Under the pieces are notes generated by a model. That model did not search any database. It saw only the letters and a list, made by a program, of their open reading frames with translations, and had not been told where the DNA came from. Below are positions 28,837 to 37,138 of a stretch of DNA of 39,183 bases, one piece after another. The DNA is from Rickettsiales bacterium (lineage in GTDB: Bacteria; Pseudomonadota; Alphaproteobacteria; Methylaequorales; Methylaequoraceae). Within the stretch, counting starts at the first letter, position 1. Each line of letters opens with the position of its first letter. The translations under genes were made by a program, and so were the position numbers. The stretch lies in contig NZFI01000057.1 in NCBI GenBank assembly GCA_002690595.1, positions 1-39,183 on the forward strand, in the 5' to 3' direction.

Positions 28837-29733
28837 ATGACGACAATTTGTATCATTAGTGATATTCACGATTGGCACTCTAAGGTTTTAAAGTTAGAAT
28901 TAGAAAAAAAAAATTGTAAAGTTTATTCTTATACATTTTCTGATTTAAGACTTATTCTTTCAAGAACAAAAAGAATAATGTTTTTTAAGAAAAAACTAAA
29001 AAAATTTGATGGTATTTGGGTAAGGTTTATATCTAATGGAACGATAGAAGAAATAACCTTTAAACTAACTATTCTTCATCTTCTCAAAGATTCTGGAATT
29101 TATATTCATAATTCAGCTGGAATAATAGAAAAAACTGTTGATAAATCTAGGACTTCTGGCATTTTGAAAATTAATAATTTCGATACTCCAAATACTTGGG
29201 TCTTCAGTGAAAGAAATAACTTTTTAGATACTAAAATATTCTTAAATAAAAAAAATCTAATTTATAAACCATTATTTGGTTCTCAAGGTAAAGGGATTAA
29301 AATTTTAAAAAATAAAAATGAATTTAACAAAATAATACCTGTTGGAGGTATTTACTATATTCAAGAATTTGTTGGAGATATAAATGCAGAAATATTTTGG
29401 GATTTAAGAGTTTTAGTTAGCAATCACAAGGTTATATCTGTAATAAAAAGAATTTCACAAAACTTTATAACAAATGCCTTCCAAGGTGCGAAAATTGAAA
29501 AAATAATTTACGATAAAAAAATTCGTGAAATTTCAATTAATATTTCAAAGTTATTTAAACTTGGATACGGAGGCTTAGATTTAAAAATTGATAGAAATAA
29601 AGTTTTTATACTAGAAATAAACAGTATTCCATCCTGGAGAGCAATACAAAGCGTTGAGGAGAAAAATATTACAGAAATTTTAATAAATGATTTTTTAATG
29701 AATATAAAAAAATTTAATAATGTCAAAATTTAA
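28837..29733 (+). CDS. RimK-type ATP-grasp ligase (H4MPT:alpha-L-glutamate ligase MptN-like)
   Basis: RimK-like pattern: KPLFGSQGKGI, YIQEFV, DLRVLV, GGLDL...ILEINSIPSW. Lies in H4MPT context. Confidence 0.7.
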   Translation: MTTICIISDIHDWHSKVLKLELEKKNCKVYSYTFSDLRLILSRTKRIMFFKKKLKKFDGIWVRFISNGTIEEITFKLTILHLLKDSGIYIHNSAGIIEKTVDKSRTSGILKINNFDTPNTWVFSERNNFLDTKIFLNKKNLIYKPLFGSQGKGIKILKNKNEFNKIIPVGGIYYIQEFVGDINAEIFWDLRVLVSNHKVISVIKRISQNFITNAFQGAKIEKIIYDKKIREISINISKLFKLGYGGLDLKIDRNKVFILEINSIPSWRAIQSVEEKNITEILINDFLMNIKKFNNVKI

Positions 29734-30607
29734 AAATAATAGTCAACTTATTAAGAAATTATATTTATCATCTTGTTTTGAAGAAATATATTATTTAAAA
29801 CCTGGAAATGTATCTGTCAAATCTCCTATCTTAGGTATGGAAAAAAAAAAGTTTTATCGCGCAGCTGAAATTTCAGGAGAAATTTTGTCAAATAAAAATA
29901 TTAAACTGGGAAAGTCAATTTTTTTAGCTTGTAAAAAATGCATGACAGAACTTAATACTAATTATAACCTTGGCATAATCTTATTAACTGCACCAATAAT
30001 AAAAACTGCAATCGAAGGTTTTATTTCTTATAATCAAATAAGATCAAGTATCTCTAAAAAAATTAGTGAAATAGATAAACAGGATGGTACCTATATTTTT
30101 GAAGCAATTAAAATATGTAATCCTGGAGGAATCAAAAACTATAATGGAAAAGCAAATATAAATAATGATTTTGCTAAGAATTATAGTTTTCAAGAGATTA
30201 TGAAAATAGGTGCTAAACATGATAGAATCTCTCGATGTTATTATAGTATTTTTCAAGAAATTTTTGAATTTGGGTTATCATACCTTACAACAACGAAAAA
30301 AAAATTTTCAAAGGAGTTTTCAACTCAATGTCTATATTTAAAATATTTATCGAAAGACCCGGATAGTCATATACAAAGAAAATATGGTCACTGTAAAGCT
30401 GATATGATTAAAAAAAAAACTTTTTGGATATCAAAAAAAATAGTTTTGAATGAAAGTAAAAAAAATAAAAAAAAAATAAAAGAACTCGATAATTATTTAA
30501 AAAAAACACATACCAATCCGGGAACATGTGCTGATTTAACAGTAACTACCTTGCTAATAGATAAATTAACAGATATAGTAACAACTTCTGGTTTAAATAA
30601 AATTTAA
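29720..30607 (+). CDS. Triphosphoribosyl-dephospho-CoA synthase (CitG/MdcB)-like protein
   Basis: KPGNVS motif near the N-terminus, NLGIILL, and NPGTCADLTV near the C-terminus, which is the CitG-family pattern. It overlaps the upstream gene by 14 nt. Confidence 0.65.
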   Translation: MSKFKNNSQLIKKLYLSSCFEEIYYLKPGNVSVKSPILGMEKKKFYRAAEISGEILSNKNIKLGKSIFLACKKCMTELNTNYNLGIILLTAPIIKTAIEGFISYNQIRSSISKKISEIDKQDGTYIFEAIKICNPGGIKNYNGKANINNDFAKNYSFQEIMKIGAKHDRISRCYYSIFQEIFEFGLSYLTTTKKKFSKEFSTQCLYLKYLSKDPDSHIQRKYGHCKADMIKKKTFWISKKIVLNESKKNKKKIKELDNYLKKTHTNPGTCADLTVTTLLIDKLTDIVTTSGLNKI

Positions 30608-30651
30608 ACTAGTTAATATTAATTTTTTTAATTTAAATTTTTGGAGGAAAA

Positions 30652-31161
30652 ATGGCAAAAATTAATAAAATGTTAGTTGGCGAATCTCTTCTTGGAGATG
30701 GAAATGAAGTGGCTCATATTGATCTTATAATTGGTCCCAGAGGTACAGCTGCTGAAACTGCTTTTGCAAATAGCTTAACCAATAACAAAGATGGTTTTAC
30801 TGCATTATTAGCAGTTGTTGCGCCTAATCTTATGACTAAACCTGCGACTTGTATGTTTAACAAAGTAACAATTAAAGGTGCAAAACAAGCAGTTCAAATG
30901 TTTGGACCTGCTCAACATGGTGTGGCAAGAGCAGTTATGGACTGTGTTGCTGAAGGAACTATTCCTGCCGCAGAAGCTGATGATTTATTTATCTCAGTTG
31001 GTGTTTTTATTCACTGGCTTGCAGAAGATGATAAGGCAATCCAAGAGAATAATTATGCTGCAACAAAAGAGGCGATTGAAAGAGCTGTTTCTGGTTCTCC
31101 AAAAACAAGTGAAGTTGTTGATTCATATAAATCAGCAGAACATCCTTTTGCTGCCAAGTGA
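30652..31161 (+). CDS. fae: Formaldehyde-activating enzyme
   Basis: 169 aa. [23 protein letters not shown]...AFANSL....[13 protein letters not shown]...P....FNKVTIK is near-canonical Fae. A strong GGAGG Shine-Dalgarno lies 7 nt upstream. Confidence 0.95.
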   Translation: MAKINKMLVGESLLGDGNEVAHIDLIIGPRGTAAETAFANSLTNNKDGFTALLAVVAPNLMTKPATCMFNKVTIKGAKQAVQMFGPAQHGVARAVMDCVAEGTIPAAEADDLFISVGVFIHWLAEDDKAIQENNYAATKEAIERAVSGSPKTSEVVDSYKSAEHPFAAK

Positions 31162-31241
31162 GACTCATCCAACATGAAGTCATCTAATGATAGTAAAAGT
31201 AATACAGGATGGCTATCAAGGTTGTTCTCATTTTTTAAAAA

Positions 31242-31961
31242 TTAAATTCTAGGGACGTAACTAGTCCCTAGCATTAATTCTTTAATATTTAATAAATTTT
31301 TGTGTATTAAAGAAGATAACAATACACCTTTATAACCTTTTCTTTTAATTTGTAAAAGATCACCACTATACCTAATACCACCTGCAATATAACTTTTTTT
31401 TGGGGGTATAAATCTGCTAAACTTTTCTAATTTTTTCCAATCTACACCTCTCCCACCAACCCTATTAACAAACATTAAAATTATATCAGAGTTATAATAT
31501 AACTTTTTAAACCATTTATTTTCAGTGCCGTTAAAATCTAATGATATTAGTGATTTTCCTTTATTCATAAATGTGTAAAGAAACCTCTCATTAAATAAGG
31601 TTTCAGTTCCAATAACTGCTTTCCATTTGATTGATAAGTTGGAAGTATTACCTAAAAATATATCAAATTTTCTTAACTTAGCTGGACAACTAAATCCAGC
31701 ATCAATCCAAAAAGAAATTGATGAGTATTTTAAAATTATATTTTTTAATAAATACCAATTTTTTTTTGAACCACTTATTGAATCTAAGTCTGCGATGTAA
31801 ATAGTATTTATATTTAATTCTTCAACTAAAAATTTTATATAAAAAAATGGATCAGAATAATCTTTAGTATTTTGAATAAGTGGTTTATAATTGCCTCTTA
31901 ATCCGGCAAATGCTTTTACAACCCTTCCATTTTTAAAATCTATTGCTGGTATAATATTCAT
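31242..31961 (-). CDS. HisA/HisF-family (beta/alpha)8-barrel protein of H4MPT clusters
   Basis: MNIIPAIDFKNGRVV is a HisA/HisF-type N-terminus, with GGIRY near the C-terminus. I place the start at ATG 31961. The 18 extra residues in the ORF track overlap the divergent gene. Confidence 0.7.
   Translation of the reverse strand: MNIIPAIDFKNGRVVKAFAGLRGNYKPLIQNTKDYSDPFFYIKFLVEELNINTIYIADLDSISGSKKNWYLLKNIILKYSSISFWIDAGFSCPAKLRKFDIFLGNTSNLSIKWKAVIGTETLFNERFLYTFMNKGKSLISLDFNGTENKWFKKLYYNSDIILMFVNRVGGRGVDWKKLEKFSRFIPPKKSYIAGGIRYSGDLLQIKRKGYKGVLLSSLIHKNLLNIKELMLGTSYVPRI
31249..31271. terminator. Possible bidirectional hairpin at the convergent fae / hisA-like junction
   Basis: CTAGGGAC (31249-31256) pairs with GTCCCTAG (31264-31271) around a 7-nt loop. 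It lies inside the last codons of the minus-strand gene, and the T-runs are weak. Confidence 0.3.
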
Positions 31962-31978
31962 AAAAAAAAAACGATAAT

Positions 31979-32971
31979 ATGACAAATATAGTTCTTCTTG
32001 AGTATTTGTCCGCAAAACATACTAAATCTGAAGACCAGGAACAATCTTTATTAAAAGAAGGATTAAGAATGGCCAATAATTTAATTTTAGATTTTAAAAA
32101 AAACCCAGAAGTTAAAAAGATTATTGTAGTTAGAAATAAAGGATTAAGATGTAAAGAATTAAAAAAAGTACTTTATTTAAAAACAAATTCAAAATTTAAC
32201 CTTGAAAATTTTAGTCGATCAATAAAAAAATATAACCCTAAAGTCATTGTTATTGCACCTGAAAATAATTTTTTGCTTTTAAATATTATAACAAAATTAA
32301 ATAAATTAGGTCTTAATGTAATAAATTCGAATTCAAAAAGTCTTAAAATATTCTCATCAAAAATTAATACATCAATAGAATTAAGTAAAAAAAAAATTCC
32401 TTGCATCGAAACATATAAAAATATTAATGAAATTAAAGAAAAAAAATCAAAATTTATCATTAAACCTATTGTAAGCTGTGGTTCTGAAAATACTTATATT
32501 GTTAAAAATTTTTTGGAACTAGAAACTAAGTTAAAAGAAATTGATTTTCCCTATATAATACAAAAATATAGAAAAAATCAGACTGGAAGTTTTTCGATGC
32601 TTTGTCATAATGGAAATAATTTATTACTTTCATGTAACGAACAGTTAATAAATATAAAGAATAATAATCTTAAACAGGTCGGAATTATTGCTGGTGGTTA
32701 TGAAAAATACAGAAAAGAATTTCAAAAATTAGCCAATCAATTAACTGATAAATATAAAGGTCTTCTGGGTTATGTTGGCGTGGATGTTCTTCTGCATAAT
32801 AATATATGGAAAATAATAGAGGTAAACTTGAGATTTACAAGTTCGTATAATGCATTAAAAAAAGCATATGGAGTTGATCGTATTAACGAAATAATTAACT
32901 TCTACTGTAATAAAAAGATTAATAAAAATAAATTAGTTAAAGAAATTAAAAAAGTTAAATTAATTTTCTAA
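31979..32971 (+). CDS. ATP-grasp enzyme (COG1821-like; tyramine-glutamate ligase MfnD-like)
   Basis: N-terminus IVLLEYLSA...EGLRMANNLILDF. The ATP-grasp core is FIIKPIVSCGSENT and GYVGVDVLL....WKIIEVNLRFT. Confidence 0.6.
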   Translation: MTNIVLLEYLSAKHTKSEDQEQSLLKEGLRMANNLILDFKKNPEVKKIIVVRNKGLRCKELKKVLYLKTNSKFNLENFSRSIKKYNPKVIVIAPENNFLLLNIITKLNKLGLNVINSNSKSLKIFSSKINTSIELSKKKIPCIETYKNINEIKEKKSKFIIKPIVSCGSENTYIVKNFLELETKLKEIDFPYIIQKYRKNQTGSFSMLCHNGNNLLLSCNEQLINIKNNNLKQVGIIAGGYEKYRKEFQKLANQLTDKYKGLLGYVGVDVLLHNNIWKIIEVNLRFTSSYNALKKAYGVDRINEIINFYCNKKINKNKLVKEIKKVKLIF

Positions 32972-32972
32972 A

Positions 32973-33812
32973 ATGATTAAAAAAAATATTCACTTTCTTG
33001 GAATCGATATTGGAGGAGCACATACTAAATTAATTGGACTTGATAATAACAAATCAATTATTTTTGTTAATCAACTTCAATTTCCAATCTGGAAAGGTAC
33101 TGAAGATTTAAATAAGTATTTTAAAAAAATTAATAAATATGTTGGAAATATAACATGTGGAATAACGATGACTGCAGAATTATGTGATAACTTTAAAGAT
33201 AGACTTATTGGTGTTAAAAAAATTTTAAAATGTACCAAACAACTGAAGATGAAGAAATATTATTTCTGCAATCAAAAAAATAAATTTTTAATTAATCCAG
33301 ATTTAAAATCTATAGCTTCAATGAATTGGCTAGCTACTGCAGAGTTTATTAAAGAAAAAGTTTCTAATTGTATTGTTGTTGACTTTGGTTCTACTTCGAC
33401 AGATTTAATTTTAATAAAAGACAAAAAAATAATTAATAAATACTATGATGATTTTGGAAGATTGAATAATTCTGAACTAGTATATACTGGTCTAACAAGA
33501 ACTCCAACAAACTCTTTAACAAATAAAGTAAAGATTAATAATAAAGATTTTCATTTAATGTCTGAATTTTTTTCTAATACAGCAGATCTATATCGCATTA
33601 ACAAACTTCTTTCTAAAAATATGGACCTTTATCCTGCATGTGATTTTAGAAGTAAATCAATTAAGAATAGTTATAAAAGATTAGCTAGGAATTTTGGCAT
33701 TGATTTTAAAAAAAAAGATTTCAACTTTATTCATAGTCTTTCAAAAAAACTAGTTTCCATTCAATTAAATAAAATTTTTACAGAAATTAATAAATTAAAA
33801 AAAAAAAAATAG
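32973..33812 (+). CDS. Hydantoinase-A-family, H4MPT-linked C1 transfer pathway protein (MfnF-like), N-terminal 279 aa up to the frameshift
   Basis: ASKHA/hydantoinase-A phosphate motifs LGIDIGGAHTK and VVDFGSTSTD. The ORF ends in LKKKK-stop inside an A13 tract (33797-33809). Confidence 0.7.
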   Translation: MIKKNIHFLGIDIGGAHTKLIGLDNNKSIIFVNQLQFPIWKGTEDLNKYFKKINKYVGNITCGITMTAELCDNFKDRLIGVKKILKCTKQLKMKKYYFCNQKNKFLINPDLKSIASMNWLATAEFIKEKVSNCIVVDFGSTSTDLILIKDKKIINKYYDDFGRLNNSELVYTGLTRTPTNSLTNKVKINNKDFHLMSEFFSNTADLYRINKLLSKNMDLYPACDFRSKSIKNSYKRLARNFGIDFKKKDFNFIHSLSKKLVSIQLNKIFTEINKLKKKK

Positions 33813-34002
33813 TGTTAGATCTGATTTTCCTTTAATTATTTGTGGAATTGGAAAAGAAGTAATGAAAAAATATTGTAAAAAGCAAAAGATTAAAGTCATA
33901 GACTTTAAAAAGTTCCTTAAAGGAAATAATAGTAAAATAAATGAAGCATCATATCATGCTCCAGCTACCTCATGCGCATTAATGGTATCTGATTTAAATT
34001 GA
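33808..34002 (+). other. Displaced C-terminal segment (+1 frame) of the hydantoinase-A-family gene
   Basis: The +1 frame after the A13 tract reads NSVRSDFPLIICGIGKEVMKKYCKKQKIKVIDF...ASYHAPATSCALMVSDLN-stop. This looks like a family-typical C-terminus. There is no independent start or Shine-Dalgarno sequence. Confidence 0.6.
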
Positions 34003-34676
34003 TCACTTACTTTTTGAACTAAATCTTCTGAAATATCTAAGTTTCTATTATTTCTATCACAAACAGCTGATCTTAATCCTATTAAATGAGGACTCAATGA
34101 TAAAAGAGTTTTTATCTGAAAAGATTGAATTTTACCAGCCAGGCCTACTTTTAAATTATTTTTTTTGATATTTTGCACAAAATAATCTAATTCAGAAACT
34201 GAAAAAATATCTAAAAGCCCTCCAGATTGTTTATTTAATGTATCCATTAGAATAATTTTGAATCTAGATTCTTTTAACTTGAAACTATTTTTTATAAAAA
34301 AATCTAGTAAGTTTTTATTTTCAGCAAAGAAAACACCAACCAAATTAGTTTTTAAATTCAATTTTTTTAATAAGAGAAATAGTTTGTTTATATCTTCAAT
34401 CTTTTTATTAAAAAGACCTATTTTAATATAATCTAGCCCTAAATTATCAAATTCCAATAAATTACTTATTATTTTTTCATTTGTTATGATATTTCCAAGA
34501 GTTGCACTTAAAATTTTTTTAAATTTATACTTATCAATAACTTTAACTATATTTTTCTTGTTCCAAGATCCAAGAGGACCTAAATCTGGCATTTTTAGAT
34601 CTACAATATCTGTATATTTTATAATTTTTTTAATTTCTAAAATATCTTTAACACTGATTAAGAGTTTAGTTTTTAT
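33954..34676 (-). CDS. mfnB: (5-formylfuran-3-yl)methyl phosphate synthase (MfnB, UPF0264/DUF556); start codon non-canonical and unresolved
   Basis: The ORF track starts at ATG 34592 (MPDLGPLGSW). The frame is open to 34679 and encodes KLLISVKDILEIKKIIKYTDIVDLK, which matches the MfnB N-terminus (LLVS..d..EA......DiiDvKnP..GsLG). AGGAG lies 8 nt upstream of ATA 34676-34674. There is no in-frame ATG/GTG/TTG. Confidence 0.75.
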   Translation of the reverse strand: MKTKLLISVKDILEIKKIIKYTDIVDLKMPDLGPLGSWNKKNIVKVIDKYKFKKILSATLGNIITNEKIISNLLEFDNLGLDYIKIGLFNKKIEDINKLFLLLKKLNLKTNLVGVFFAENKNLLDFFIKNSFKLKESRFKIILMDTLNKQSGGLLDIFSVSELDYFVQNIKKNNLKVGLAGKIQSFQIKTLLSLSPHLIGLRSAVCDRNNRNLDISEDLVQKVSDQFKSDTINAHEVAGA

Positions 34677-35226
34677 TTTTCAAACTCCTATTTATGTATT
34701 CAGTAATTTTTTCCCAAGCAATCAATTCTCTTTTTCCTGATGTCTTTTTTACAGAAATTGACAGATATTTAAGTTCTTTTAAAATTTTTTCTTTTTTAAG
34801 TAATTTAGTTCTTGTTGCAAGTATACAAGCTTCAATTATTGCTGCTTTAGATCTGTTCATACCTCCAAATGGCTTGCAATTTTCGGAATATAAAATTTTA
34901 CACTTAAAAGTTGGTCTATTTTTATCCTCAGAGTATTTAACGACTTTAACTTCATCGTAACTTAATGCATCATTAATAAAAAAACATTCAATTTTTTTAC
35001 ATTTTTTTTTAATAAATCTTTTTTTTCCAACGATACAGTTAACAAAAACTAATGCATCATCAATATAGTTAACAACTGCACATTTATTTAAGATTAAGTT
35101 GTTGAGAGTTAAAGATGGTCTATATGGAGAGATATATATATAATTTGAAGTTTTTTTAATGCCAAAGGGGGCAATATTTAATTTACCCTGACTATCTAAA
35201 GATGAGATTATGGTTTCTATTATCAT
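34666..35226 (-). CDS. DUF447-family protein (FMN-binding split-barrel-like), H4MPT-cluster associated
   Basis: N-terminus IIETIISSLDSQGKLNIAPFGI is typical of DUF447 as I recall it. ATGA-type overlap with the upstream DHPS-like gene. Confidence 0.55.
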   Translation of the reverse strand: MIIETIISSLDSQGKLNIAPFGIKKTSNYIYISPYRPSLTLNNLILNKCAVVNYIDDALVFVNCIVGKKRFIKKKCKKIECFFINDALSYDEVKVVKYSEDKNRPTFKCKILYSENCKPFGGMNRSKAAIIEACILATRTKLLKKEKILKELKYLSISVKKTSGKRELIAWEKITEYINRSLKNKN

Positions 35227-36605
35227 TTCTTTTTTTGGGTTGATTTTAGATCAGGTCTTCTATTAAGATCTTCTTTTTTTTTTTCTACCGCAACTCCCCA
35301 GTCAAGCTCATTATCTTGATTGTAATTTTTTCCTAATTGAAATGCTATTTGAGCTCTTGCCAACTCTACGCCTAAGTAGAATGCATGACTTGGATCATCT
35401 CCAACTTCTAATGAATCGTAAAATTCAAAAGGATCTAATCCAGTTAAAAATATTTTTGAATTAAAAGTATTAATTCCATCTTTAGATAAAAGAATTCTAT
35501 AATTCTTATCTTTAACTAATGATTTTATATAATTTATTTCATCCTTTTCTAATCTTGACGGTTTTTTCTCCCTTAGACACATTAAACCTTTATCTATACC
35601 GATAGGTAATCTTTGATTGCTTTTTGCAAAAAACATCAACTTCCTTGCTCTATCTGCCTCTTTAATTGCATTCCTACAATGGTTGCTAACTTGAACTACT
35701 AATACACCCTTGACATTAAGCTCAGATACTAAGCCCATTAAAACTGTAGTAACCCCTGCCGAATCACAATCAGTTAATTCTGTTAAATTTCCAATACCCA
35801 TTAAAATATCAATTTTTGGAAATTTTTTTCTTAATTCTTTATATCTAGAAATTGATTCTAAAAAACCATAATGAATAGGATCTAAAATTGGATCGGCAAA
35901 AAACTTTTTTTTCTTAGTTAAAAACTTATTTATTAATCTTTCTAATGAAGACATATCACCTGATTTATTTGGAATAAGTACTGGAGTAGATTGAACCTCA
36001 TCCATAACAAAAATATTTTTTTCATTGATGCTTAATAGATAATCTGCACCTGCTTTCCCACCTCTAATCAATTCCTCAGAGTTTGCAGAGTCAACGGAAA
36101 CTGAAAACCCTTCTTTTTTTAACTTAAAAATTACTTCTTCAAGGTGAGGAAAATAAGTATCAGGCATACAACCCAAATCAATAATATTAGCACCATCTTT
36201 TTTATATTGTTTTGATATATCCATTATCTGACTAACGTTTAAGATTGAAGCATCAACAATTTCAGAAAAAATCATACATTCATAATCTTCTATATTATTT
36301 TGATAACTATCTAAGCCAAAATAATCTGGTAAATGTCTCAGATCTTCAGGACCTCTTTCAACTGGAATTTTAAAATATTTTGATAATTTATCTAAATCAC
36401 CTCTAAACTTGCCTGGAACAATAATTTTATCTACATCTTGCTCTTGTTTAATTCTTCTCATTATTATATTTTCAGACATTAAAGCTGCAACACTTACTCC
36501 TATTTGGTTTATTCTATAACTAAAATCAGGTTTCATATCTTCAAGAATCCTTTTAAGTTGTCTTTCAGCTAGTTTTCCAGTTAAGAATAAGATTCTTTCA
36601 GACAT
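35223..36605 (-). CDS. Dihydropteroate synthase-related protein (H4MPT biosynthesis, MptH-like)
   Basis: 460 aa. The N-terminal domain carries ILFLTGKLAE. A pterin-binding TIM-barrel-like core follows (GANIIDLGC, SVDSANSE, GADYLLSI). Confidence 0.75.
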   Translation of the reverse strand: MSERILFLTGKLAERQLKRILEDMKPDFSYRINQIGVSVAALMSENIIMRRIKQEQDVDKIIVPGKFRGDLDKLSKYFKIPVERGPEDLRHLPDYFGLDSYQNNIEDYECMIFSEIVDASILNVSQIMDISKQYKKDGANIIDLGCMPDTYFPHLEEVIFKLKKEGFSVSVDSANSEELIRGGKAGADYLLSINEKNIFVMDEVQSTPVLIPNKSGDMSSLERLINKFLTKKKKFFADPILDPIHYGFLESISRYKELRKKFPKIDILMGIGNLTELTDCDSAGVTTVLMGLVSELNVKGVLVVQVSNHCRNAIKEADRARKLMFFAKSNQRLPIGIDKGLMCLREKKPSRLEKDEINYIKSLVKDKNYRILLSKDGINTFNSKIFLTGLDPFEFYDSLEVGDDPSHAFYLGVELARAQIAFQLGKNYNQDNELDWGVAVEKKKEDLNRRPDLKSTQKKK

Positions 36606-37138
36606 TTTTCTCTAATCAAAATTTCTTTCTTTAATTCTTTAAAACTTAATACTACTTTTGTTTTTTCAAATTTTTTTAATTTTTCTACATTATCAAGATC
36701 TATTTTTCGCGGAAAAACATCAACCATTCCCTTAGGAGATCTTGTTTTTAATTCTGGAGCTGAATCACAAGGAAAATAAATACAAGGTACTCTACATTTG
36801 CCAGATTGAGCAAAAACGTTTGTGGCTAAATTATCTGAAATACCAAAAACACATTTAGCAACAGTATTACTTGATGTTGGAGCCATAATTAATGTGTGAT
36901 AAATCCCTCTATAAAATTGTCCAACTGGAACTGAACTGGCTGTATTATCTTTATAAATATTTATTTTTTTAGGTATATCTCCTTTTTTTTTATACATTAT
37001 TAAAACTTCTTCAGCAGCTTTAGAAACAAAAAGATCTATATTGGTTAAATAATTTATTAATCTTATACTTTCGTTAAAAAAATGTCCTGAACCAGTTAAA
37101 ACCCAAGCCCACCTTCTAATTTTTTGTTTATCTTTCAT
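36581..37138 (-). CDS. HFCD/archaeoflavoprotein (AfpA)-like flavoprotein, candidate dihydromethanopterin reductase (DmrB-like)
   Basis: WAWVLTGSGHFFNES and MAPTSSNTVAKCVFGISDNLATN are homo-oligomeric flavoprotein motifs. The genomic context is H4MPT biosynthesis. Confidence 0.55.
   Translation of the reverse strand: MKDKQKIRRWAWVLTGSGHFFNESIRLINYLTNIDLFVSKAAEEVLIMYKKKGDIPKKINIYKDNTASSVPVGQFYRGIYHTLIMAPTSSNTVAKCVFGISDNLATNVFAQSGKCRVPCIYFPCDSAPELKTRSPKGMVDVFPRKIDLDNVEKLKKFEKTKVVLSFKELKKEILIREKCLKESYS

Noticed and set aside
30878-31177. 99-aa plus-strand ORF overlapping fae in another frame.
   Set aside because: It lies entirely inside the near-canonical fae CDS and has no independent signals, so it is a frame-shadow ORF.
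31174-31245. 23-codon small ORF (MKSSNDSKSNTGWLSRLFSFFKN) between fae and the hisA-like gene.
   Set aside because: It has no Shine-Dalgarno and overlaps the stop region and hairpin of the convergent gene. Its length is within chance expectation.
31962-32015. 18-aa N-terminal extension of the hisA/F-like ORF.
   Set aside because: The extension overlaps the divergent ATP-grasp gene start. The internal MNIIPAIDF matches the family N-terminus.
32173-32460. 95-aa minus-strand ORF inside the mfnD-like gene. Other antisense ORFs of 60-110 aa look the same (2931-3251, 4359-4595, 6996-7516, 10435-10629, 13224-13406, 14120-14305, 19045-19227, 21221-21454, 22436-22771, 26000-26218, 28463-28663, 29508-29726, 30044-30256, 34486-34960, 37124-37423, 38556-38780).
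   Set aside because: All of them lie antisense or out of frame within well-supported CDSs. Their Phe/Ile/Leu/Ser-rich composition mirrors the Lys/Asn/Glu-rich sense strand.
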